Source: an uncultured Candidatus Saccharibacteria bacterium
GTDB lineage: Bacteria; Patescibacteriota; Doudnabacteria; UBA920
DNA: 64,000 bases
Assembly: GCA_964384035.1 (NCBI GenBank)
Contig: CAYLIB010000006.1
Location: forward strand, 13,336 to 77,335
Direction: 5' to 3'
The notes under the pieces are model-generated. The model was not told where the DNA came from. It saw nothing but the letters and a program-made list of their open reading frames with translations, and ran no database searches. This document shows, one piece after another, positions 57,040 through 64,000 of the stretch. Within the stretch, counting starts at the first letter, position 1. Each line of letters opens with the position of its first letter. The position numbers were made by a program, and so were the translations under genes.

Positions 57040-58668
57040 ATGAGAAAAATAACGCACTCCGCTATCTTTGTAAGCTGTTATTCAGCGTACAAATCCTGGG
57101 TAGCTAAAACCGCCTCTGTTGAAAATTCCCAGCAGAGGCTTTTATTTTCTATCCTAAATAAAAACAGAAATACCGTTTTTGGAAAAAAGTTTGGTTTTGA
57201 AAAAATACAGAGCATTAAACACTTCCAAGATCAAGTATTCCCACAAGTTTATGAAGACCTTGAGAGTTATATCAAGCGCATGCTTTCAGGAGAAATAGAA
57301 GTGCTTACCGGCGAGAGGGTGCTTCTCTTTGAGCCCACAAGTGGATCAGTATCTGCCTGCAAATACATACCTTATACAAAAGGTTTGCGACAAGAATTTC
57401 AAGCTGGTATAAAGCCCTGGTTATATCTTCTTTATCGTGACTACCCGTCTATCCGCAGTGGCGTACATTACTGGTCTATAAGTCCAAGAGTAACTAGAGG
57501 GCTCACCCAAGGAGGTATTCCCATTGGCTTCGAGAAAGATACCGAATATTTAGGATTACTCTCGCGTGTATTTCTAGATAGAGTTATGGCTTTACCAGGT
57601 GAGGTCACGCATGTTCCTCACATCGAGAACTTTCGCTACCTAACATTGTTATTCCTGCTATCGCATAAGGATCTGACTTTTATATCCCTATGGAATCCCA
57701 CCTTCTTAAAAATTCTTCTCGAAGCCCTCGTTGACTTTAGAGAAAGTTTCATAGAAGACATAAAGTCAGGTTCGTTAAACCCACCTGTAAAGTTATCAAA
57801 AACTCTTAAGGATTATTTTCTTTGGAAATTAAACTTTTGTCGTAGAAGGTCTGTCGAAGTAGTATCTCTGCTTCGTGAGAATCAAGATCCTTATTCCTTA
57901 GCAGGCGCACTCTGGCCTAAGCTATCCCTGATTAGCTGCTGGTCAGACGCAAATGCAAAGGATCAAGCAATAAAGCTTCAAAGAAAATTTCCTTACACAC
58001 CTTTTCAACCAAAGGGTTTAATTTCTACCGAAAGTTTCGCAACATTCCCATATCCTGGTTTAGAAGGAGGAGTGCTTTCTCTAGGTTCCCATTTTTTCGA
58101 ATTTGAGAAGAATGGAAAATACTTCTTGGCCCATGAGATCAGTCTAGGTGAGACTTACTCGTTAGTTGTTACTACAAGCGGGGGACTATATCGTTACCAA
58201 ACAAAAGACCAAGTTAAAATTACGGGGTTTCATAATCAGTGCCCCTCTATGGTTTTTGTTGGTAAAGAAGATTCCATAGTAGATCTAGTTGGTGAAAAAC
58301 TTTCTGAGGGCTTCCTGGTAAAAGTTATGGATGAATTTTTAAATAAATATTCCATAGAACCAGAATTTTGGATGGTCTCGCCGAACCCCATTGGTAACGG
58401 GTATTGTTTGTTTATCAAATCCACTGAAATTCTTCCCGTGAACCTCGCTCTAGAGATAGACATTAAGCTTCGTGGAAGTTTTCACTATTCTTATGCAAGA
58501 ACTTTGGGACAGCTTGAAGAGTTCAAGGTGGTAGCATTGGATAACAATATCAATCCTTCGAAACTCTATCTTGAAACCTGTACGAAACTAGGACAAAAAT
58601 TAGGAGATATCAAACCCAGAAGGCTTCATCAAAGTAATGTATGGTATAAAGTATTTAGTGCAACCTAA
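57040..58668 (+). CDS. GH3-family (acyl-acid amido synthetase-like) adenylating enzyme
   Basis: N-terminal pattern FGKKFGFEKIQSIKHFQDQVFPQVYEDLESYIKRMLSGEIEVLTGERVLLFEPTSGSVSACKYIPYT matches the bacterial GH3 (PF03321) N-region (FGKKY..I.T...FQ..VP...YED..PYI.R...GE...L......F..SSGTT...K.IP). Confidence 0.6.
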   Translation: MRKITHSAIFVSCYSAYKSWVAKTASVENSQQRLLFSILNKNRNTVFGKKFGFEKIQSIKHFQDQVFPQVYEDLESYIKRMLSGEIEVLTGERVLLFEPTSGSVSACKYIPYTKGLRQEFQAGIKPWLYLLYRDYPSIRSGVHYWSISPRVTRGLTQGGIPIGFEKDTEYLGLLSRVFLDRVMALPGEVTHVPHIENFRYLTLLFLLSHKDLTFISLWNPTFLKILLEALVDFRESFIEDIKSGSLNPPVKLSKTLKDYFLWKLNFCRRRSVEVVSLLRENQDPYSLAGALWPKLSLISCWSDANAKDQAIKLQRKFPYTPFQPKGLISTESFATFPYPGLEGGVLSLGSHFFEFEKNGKYFLAHEISLGETYSLVVTTSGGLYRYQTKDQVKITGFHNQCPSMVFVGKEDSIVDLVGEKLSEGFLVKVMDEFLNKYSIEPEFWMVSPNPIGNGYCLFIKSTEILPVNLALEIDIKLRGSFHYSYARTLGQLEEFKVVALDNNINPSKLYLETCTKLGQKLGDIKPRRLHQSNVWYKVFSAT

Positions 58669-58698
58669 ACTGCAACCAGATTGCAGTTTTTTTTATTT
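58667..58698 (+). terminator. intrinsic terminator after GH3 gene
   Basis: aaactgcaa-ccagat-ttgcagttttttttt. Confidence 0.65.
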
Positions 58699-58745
58699 CT
58701 GGGATAATTAAACCGCTGTCCATAAAAAATCAAATAGGAGGAAAT

Positions 58746-60095
58746 ATGCACGTAACTTTTATCGTTCCGCAAATCGGAATGCCCACTAACAAGAAGTATC
58801 TCAAGTCATGGCAAATGGAACCACTGGCTATAGCTATCCTTGCTGGGCTTACCCCCAAGGACATTCAGGTGTCATTCTTCGACGAACGAATAGAGCCAAT
58901 AGAGTTAAATAACAAAACTGATCTAGTCGCAATAACTTGCGAAACCTACAACGCCAAACGCGCATACGAGATATCTCGCATGTATCACACTAGAGGTATT
59001 CCCGTTGTTTTGGGTGGTTATCACCCAACTCTACTTCCCGAAGAAGCAATGCAGTACGCAAGTACAATTGTTGTGGGTCCTGCCGAAGACTGTTGGGAAA
59101 AAGTTTTAGAAGATGCCCGCAAAGGAGAGCTTAAAAGAGTTTACGCAAGAGATAAGTCTCTTCCGATGCGATTTGGTATCCCAGATAGAAGTATCTTCAA
59201 AAAAAAGTCCTATTTCGGAATTCACTGTGTAGAAACGAGTAGGGGATGCCCTCTCTCTTGCGACTATTGTTCCATTACCGCAGTCAACGGCGGAAATTTC
59301 TGGCGGAAACCCGTAGATCAACTAATCGAAGAAATAAAAAACCTTCGTACAAAAAATGTCTTCTTCATAGACGATAACTTTATCGGGAATATACGTACTG
59401 CTAAAGAAGTTCTAAAAGCGCTTATTCCTCTAAATATTCGCTGGTTCTCTCAGGCTACTATAAACGTAGTCAGAGATAAAGAAATTCTGAGACTTCTCGA
59501 GAAAAGTGGATGTGTGGGTTTATTAATTGGTTTTGAATCTACCAATCCTAATACTCTCATGGGAATGGATAAGCCAGTAAATATTAAAGCAGGAAGTTAT
59601 GGTGATGTTATAGAAAGACTTCATAGAAAAGGTATAAGTATCTATGGGGCATTTATTGTCGGTTACGATAATGACCAAGAAGGAGACTTCGATTCCGCAG
59701 TGGATCTTGCCATAAAAAATAGACTTTTTATGTCGGCCTTCAACCATCTCGTACCCTTTCCCGGCACAAAGCTATACAACAAGCTCGAAAAAGAGGGCAG
59801 GCTTTACTATCCAAAGTGGTGGTTAGATCCAGCATTTCGTTTCGGCGACGCTCCCTTCGAACCCCAAAACTTCACCCCAGCGCAATTAAAAGAAATTAGT
59901 CTGGAAGCTAGGCAGCGTTTCTATGAAATTGGTTCAATCTGGAGGAGGCTTTATAACTGGAGGGTTTACAGAAAGCGTCCCAAGATGCTCTATCCTTATT
60001 TGCTTATGAATTTTTTACTCAAAAACGAAGTTACTAAACGCCAAGGCTTCCCCTTGGGTAAGCACAATACCTACCCCCAACCTCTTTTTAAATAA
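58746..60095 (+). CDS. class B radical SAM enzyme, paralog 3
   Basis: SRGCPLSCDYCSI (Cx3Cx2C). B12-binding-like N-domain. LIGFESTNPNTL, VPFPGTKLY. Confidence 0.85.
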   Translation: MHVTFIVPQIGMPTNKKYLKSWQMEPLAIAILAGLTPKDIQVSFFDERIEPIELNNKTDLVAITCETYNAKRAYEISRMYHTRGIPVVLGGYHPTLLPEEAMQYASTIVVGPAEDCWEKVLEDARKGELKRVYARDKSLPMRFGIPDRSIFKKKSYFGIHCVETSRGCPLSCDYCSITAVNGGNFWRKPVDQLIEEIKNLRTKNVFFIDDNFIGNIRTAKEVLKALIPLNIRWFSQATINVVRDKEILRLLEKSGCVGLLIGFESTNPNTLMGMDKPVNIKAGSYGDVIERLHRKGISIYGAFIVGYDNDQEGDFDSAVDLAIKNRLFMSAFNHLVPFPGTKLYNKLEKEGRLYYPKWWLDPAFRFGDAPFEPQNFTPAQLKEISLEARQRFYEIGSIWRRLYNWRVYRKRPKMLYPYLLMNFLLKNEVTKRQGFPLGKHNTYPQPLFK

Positions 60096-60176
60096 AGGAG
60101 GTTATTTTATTGACTTAATTTATATAGAGTGGTATCTTGTCGTATCCACGACGCTACAATTTTTGGAGGATTAAAT

Positions 60177-60929
60177 ATGTCAGATAAACACGCCGATTTA
60201 CTTGATTTTCTAGCGGAAATCAAGGACGATCCTGAAATGAAAGCACATTTAGCCAACAGAAAACCGACGATAATCTTGGTTGGTCTTTCTGGGAAATCCT
60301 GCCTCGAAGTAATTCAAGCAAACAAGGAAGCAGGCATTCACTCTACCGTTGTTGTTTATAATGACTCTTTGCGTGAAGACTTGGCAAACTCGTTAGGATT
60401 GAAGTCGTTGACTTCGGGGCGAGACAGGGTTAGTGGGGGAGAATTGGTTAAAATCAAGACTTTCCCCGTTACAGAAACTCCTAATTATCAGTGGACGTCC
60501 GAATTAGTAGACCCCGGTGAATTCAGAGTCGCTGGAATTGTATTTGCAATTGCCAAGTATGATCCCGCGAGCCGCTGGGATGATGCAGGCTATTATCTGA
60601 ATCGGGACAAGCCTCAGTTCGAAAGAATACCTGCCTGGTACATCCATCAGGTTTTAGCGGATTCTTTGGGTCTAGCAATAACACTCGTAAACGCCTATTA
60701 CGATGAACTCACAGAAAGTGATAGTTTCATATTAGTAGGCCAAGATAGCAAAGACGAAACAACCCAAATACAATTCGTCACTGATTTCCTAGGTACTGTA
60801 GTTGCCGGCTACTTTGGTGGTCTATTTATGTATTACGGGGCTGATAAAGTTGATGTGCAGAACAACGAAACGGAAGCCCTGCAGTCAATAGAGCACCTAA
60901 GGAAGGCTGTTATTGAATCGAAAAAATAA
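60177..60929 (+). CDS. hypothetical protein with Nif11-like N-terminal segment
   Basis: GGAGG RBS before ATG 60177. ADLLDFLAEIKDDPEMKAHLANRK...EVIQANKEAGIH resembles the Nif11 leader-type domain (LKAFLEKVKxDxxLQEKLKAA...VVAIAKEAGF). Confidence 0.5.
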   Translation: MSDKHADLLDFLAEIKDDPEMKAHLANRKPTIILVGLSGKSCLEVIQANKEAGIHSTVVVYNDSLREDLANSLGLKSLTSGRDRVSGGELVKIKTFPVTETPNYQWTSELVDPGEFRVAGIVFAIAKYDPASRWDDAGYYLNRDKPQFERIPAWYIHQVLADSLGLAITLVNAYYDELTESDSFILVGQDSKDETTQIQFVTDFLGTVVAGYFGGLFMYYGADKVDVQNNETEALQSIEHLRKAVIESKK

Positions 60930-60958
60930 AAGACACAACTATGTGTCTCTTTTTATTT
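60927..60958. terminator. bidirectional terminator (convergent genes)
   Basis: aaaaaataaaagacaca-actat-gtgtctctttttattt. Confidence 0.65.
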
Positions 60959-62126
60959 GCCCGTCATATCTAATACCCACACTTGTCATTTCCTTACGAG
61001 AGACCCCAAATTTTATCGACTTTATAAATAAGTATAAAAAAATATACGGAAGCATAATGGCTGGTAAGGGGTCATTGATTTTAAAGATAACATCCTTACC
61101 GTTTATGAAATCATTTAGCCATAGCTTTAAACCATTAATATTCCTTACTTTTCCGAACAAATAAAAGATCATCATTAACTTTATCTGTGGAAACTTGCTT
61201 GTTTTTTCTATTATTAATCCTTTCTTTCCGGTATAAATAGAGTTAGCAAAAATTTTAGGTTTTTCGAAAAATAAATTAATACCACTTGTAGGTCTTGGAT
61301 TGCATTCAATCGGGTATAATTTACCCATCTCATTTTCTATGAAATCAAAGCCAAAATTCCCGGTTAAATTAAGTTTCTTGCCAATAAGTTCTATAGTACG
61401 AAGTACGTTTTTATTTTCAACGGCACGGTAAAGAAAATGAGCCCCAAATTTTAGATGGTAAGGTGAACTATAAGTTACATGATTTAACATTTCACCATTT
61501 TGAAAACAACTATAAGAACAGAATTCCTTCCCCGCTATAAACTCCTGAACCACCCAGGGATTGTCTGGGCCTATATTCAGACCGGAAACATTGCTTATGG
61601 AATCCACCTTTCTTACATAAGCACCAAATCTAGAATAAACAGGTTTAATAAACAACTCATGAGTAGTACTGCTTAAAACATCTCTCATCTGCCCCACACT
61701 TTCTACAAGAATTGTTTTCGGAGTATTTACACCCAATGATCTCGCATACTCTATAAAAGTAAATTTATTATGTAATAAATTCAAAGTCTCTATTGTAGAA
61801 CAAAATAGCTCGCACCCCAAAGGCAGTCTGTCCTTGAAACTAGCCAAGTAAAAAATCTCTTCACACACAGGCACTATTAGATCAATGTTTTTTTCCTTAA
61901 CTAAGTTGCATATAAACTTTTCATAACCAACTAAATCCGTTGAGGGTGGGGGAGTAGTTATATACTCATAAATATTATTTGAAAAACTAACAAGTGTATT
62001 TTTAATACAGTCAGCACCAAAAACCACATAACCCGCTTCCCTAAAAAGCCTCGTCACCCCCAAAGCCACCGGCGACCTCCCTCCAGTAATCAAAACCCTT
62101 CCCCGTTGCCCAACCCCGAAACTCAT
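60939..62126 (-). CDS. ATP-grasp family ligase
   Basis: N-terminal RVLITGGRSPVALGVTRLFREAGYVV (pre-ATP-grasp Rossmann). Central ATP-grasp-like region (VVQEFIAGKEF, ECNPR). Confidence 0.6.
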   Translation of the reverse strand: MSFGVGQRGRVLITGGRSPVALGVTRLFREAGYVVFGADCIKNTLVSFSNNIYEYITTPPPSTDLVGYEKFICNLVKEKNIDLIVPVCEEIFYLASFKDRLPLGCELFCSTIETLNLLHNKFTFIEYARSLGVNTPKTILVESVGQMRDVLSSTTHELFIKPVYSRFGAYVRKVDSISNVSGLNIGPDNPWVVQEFIAGKEFCSYSCFQNGEMLNHVTYSSPYHLKFGAHFLYRAVENKNVLRTIELIGKKLNLTGNFGFDFIENEMGKLYPIECNPRPTSGINLFFEKPKIFANSIYTGKKGLIIEKTSKFPQIKLMMIFYLFGKVRNINGLKLWLNDFINGKDVIFKINDPLPAIMLPYIFLYLFIKSIKFGVSRKEMTSVGIRYDGQIKRDT

Positions 62127-62160
62127 GATTTTGTCTTTTAATTAGAATTAATAGTAGCAG

Positions 62161-62247
62161 GTTATCGGGAAGAATATTTTCTCCAGATGCGACTTGAGGG
62201 GAAGGGCCCCCTCCGGAGCAGATGGAGAAAATATTCTTCCCAATAAC
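62161..62247. repeat. large imperfect palindrome (24-bp arms, one mismatch) with GC-rich core in a divergent intergenic region
   Basis: gttatcgggaagaatattttctcc (62161-62184) versus ggagaaaatattcttcccaataac (62224-62247). Centre has gagggg-aagggcc-ccctc. Confidence 0.65.
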
Positions 62248-62312
62248 CGACATTAGAGTAGTTGCATCAAAGTAAGTCAAAATCTATACTACTACCAAAG
62301 TAAATTATACAT

Positions 62313-62828
62313 ATGAACGAACCAAAAAAACTATATAGAGTAAAAGAAGGTCAAACAATCGCCGGTGTAGCAACTGGCCTAGCAAGGTATTTTAACGTAG
62401 ATACCGTTTTAGTGAGAGTGGTATTTATCGCTTTAGTCTTCGCTGGTGGTAGCGGAGTATTGTTATATATCATTTTAGCAATAATCATTCCAGAAGAGCC
62501 TAAATCTACCACCTCGCATACAAGTAGTACTAACCATGAAGTAAACTCTGATACCGTAAAAGAGTTCGTAAATTCCGTAGGGGATAACGCCCAAAAAATT
62601 GCAGAAGATATAAAAGAGAGAATCAATCAAAATACATCGACAAATTCCCAAGGGGAAACCGAAAAACAAAATACCACAAGAAATATAGTAGCTATGGTTA
62701 TTATTGCAGTTGGTGTTCTTGCGCTATTCAATTCTATAACCGGATTTCATTTGTTCCGCTGGGAACTTTTTTGGCCTATAGTATTAATTTTTATTGGTGG
62801 AATAATTCTCTTCAAGAAAGGACATTAG
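62313..62828 (+). CDS. PspC-domain membrane protein
   Basis: LYRVKEGQTIAGVATGLARYFNVDTVLVRVVFIALV is the PspC domain. Two TM helices. Confidence 0.75.
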   Translation: MNEPKKLYRVKEGQTIAGVATGLARYFNVDTVLVRVVFIALVFAGGSGVLLYIILAIIIPEEPKSTTSHTSSTNHEVNSDTVKEFVNSVGDNAQKIAEDIKERINQNTSTNSQGETEKQNTTRNIVAMVIIAVGVLALFNSITGFHLFRWELFWPIVLIFIGGIILFKKGH

Positions 62829-62829
62829 T

Positions 62830-63117
62830 ATGTCAGGGTTCCCAGTAAAAAAATACCATTCAGCAGGTCGTTATTTCCTAGGACTTATAATAATTTTTTT
62901 TGGACTGGCTAGCTTGCTTGAGAAGTTAGGGTATATAAATTTAGCACTCTGGAAGAAAGAGTATTTTTTACCCATTTTAACCATCTATATTGGGCTGAGT
63001 ATGCTAGGCAAGGGTAAAAAGTTTTCTGACCCCTTAGGCATTATTCTTGGCCTCGGTGTTATTGCCATTCTCTTGCATGTTTTAACAGGTGGAAGTTTCT
63101 GGTCTAAATTTTACTAG
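62830..63117 (+). CDS. hypothetical small membrane protein (PspC-associated)
   Basis: 95 aa, three hydrophobic helices. Starts 2 nt after the PspC stop. Confidence 0.5.
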   Translation: MSGFPVKKYHSAGRYFLGLIIIFFGLASLLEKLGYINLALWKKEYFLPILTIYIGLSMLGKGKKFSDPLGIILGLGVIAILLHVLTGGSFWSKFY

Positions 63118-63179
63118 ACAGAATTCGCTAGGGGTATTATCTTAAATCTCCAAACAGATTCTAAAACCAATGGAGGCAT

Positions 63180-63656
63180 ATGCAAGAATTACCTTTAGAT
63201 CCTGCAAACGCAGGTCCGTTCACTCAACCTTTCCTTACACTTACTTTTGTGGATGGAACTCGTTGGCATATAGACGTAGGTGGGAATTTAGACCCATACA
63301 TTGTTGGATACTCTCGAATTCTTAAAATTTACGAGAGCCTCACGGAAGATGAAAAAAGCCAAAAAGGAGTAGATTCACTTTTCAGCGAGGGGGTAAATTG
63401 GCTAAGCCGAGCAACACCGCTACTCCTCAAAATGATAGATGATTTAGCACGTATTAACCCCTGTTACACTGTCTCGTCAGTCTACTCTTATACAGGTACA
63501 GCTGGTCCCGGTTTTATTTTGAGACAGGGTGCATTCTTCAAGAGATTCGATCTCAGCCCAAAAGTACCTCATCCTATCCCTATACGTATTGGAGATAGGG
63601 ACGTTAATGAATACCTGCTGAGACTCGGATTTCTATCATTCCAAGACAAACAATAA
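63180..63656 (+). CDS. hypothetical protein
   Basis: GGAGG RBS. 158 aa. Terminator agacac-tacc-gtgtctgttttttt at 63654-63681. Confidence 0.5.
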   Translation: MQELPLDPANAGPFTQPFLTLTFVDGTRWHIDVGGNLDPYIVGYSRILKIYESLTEDEKSQKGVDSLFSEGVNWLSRATPLLLKMIDDLARINPCYTVSSVYSYTGTAGPGFILRQGAFFKRFDLSPKVPHPIPIRIGDRDVNEYLLRLGFLSFQDKQ

Positions 63657-63809
63657 AGACACTACCGTGTCTGTTTTTTTATGCATCCTTAAATTTCAGG
63701 TACAAGCTATTAATAGAAGATTCGCCCATACTTAGAAAAGCATCAGACAAAAAGAATTACATCTTCTCCTCATAAAAATTATCCAAAATAAAAAAGACCC
63801 TATCAGAGT

Positions 63810-64000
63810 CTAGAAAATAATTAAGATATTGGCATGAATTCCAAAATCTTCGTAAAGTCTAGCACCGCTGGGTTCTCTCAGGCCACCATCGCTATGTAAT
63901 TCATACTGCTCAGAAGATATTCGTAGTTTACCTTCGATATCAGTCACGCCACCAACCACTCTACAAGATGTCATCCCGCATTCTCTTATAATTTTACTTA
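63810..64000 (-). CDS. possible 3' end of a minus-strand gene running off the window (unknown)
   Basis: Open frame on the minus strand from the window edge to TAG at 63810-63812 (...VVGGVTDIEGKLRISSEQYELHSDGGLREPSGARLYEDFGIHANILIIF). Confidence 0.25.
   Translation of the reverse strand, partial: SKIIRECGMTSCRVVGGVTDIEGKLRISSEQYELHSDGGLREPSGARLYEDFGIHANILIIF

Noticed and set aside
62041-62280. 79-aa minus-strand ORF overlapping the 87-bp palindrome.
   Set aside because: Its reading frame is created by the palindrome itself. There is no RBS and the composition is low-complexity (GGGPSPQ). Likely spurious.
1-64000. CRISPR arrays, rRNA, tRNA, transposases or integrases.
   Set aside because: No regularly spaced direct repeats, no rRNA-like conserved blocks, no tRNA-like structures in intergenic regions, and no IS or integrase motifs (DDE, tyrosine recombinase RHRY) in any ORF.

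Overview
This is an AT-rich bacterial chromosomal window with strong AGGAGG ribosome-binding sites, many hairpin plus T-tract terminators and many small hypothetical proteins. Gene content resembles a small-genome, Gram-positive-type or CPR-like (Patescibacteria-like) lineage (inference). Housekeeping genes are clear: a class A PBP (5' partial), rpsT, gpmI, uvrB, ruvA, rpoB-rpoC, valS, tsaD, a short tsaB, a Mur ligase, FemAB, a P2-type cation ATPase, an ABC-2 exporter, MFS, DedA, PspC, NUDIX and a GH1 beta-glucosidase. I found no rRNA, tRNA, CRISPR array or obvious transposase. The notable region is 46.3-62.1 kb. It starts with a leader (46385-46551) whose 5' core matches the cobalamin-riboswitch consensus and which has a terminator/antiterminator expression platform. 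That leader sits in front of a non-canonical four-gene operon: a 714-aa hyper-acidic disordered protein, a Clp/Hsp100-like double AAA+ protein with a catalytically dead D1, a 76-aa protein, and a TraG/HerA-type AAA_10 ATPase. Directly after comes a dense biosynthetic-looking cluster: a 56-aa hydrophobic precursor-like peptide with its own attenuator-like terminator, three paralogous class-B (B12-binding) radical SAM enzymes, two unknown (possibly GNAT-like) proteins, a GH3-family amide synthetase, a 250-aa protein with a Nif11-like N-terminus, and a convergent ATP-grasp ligase. Other oddities are a ValRS with a complete histidine-phosphatase (RHG) domain inserted into the catalytic core, a promoter-to-terminator small-RNA candidate antisense to the mur-tsaB operon, a structured 220-nt rpoB-rpoC spacer, and two large AT-armed, GC-centred inverted-repeat elements.
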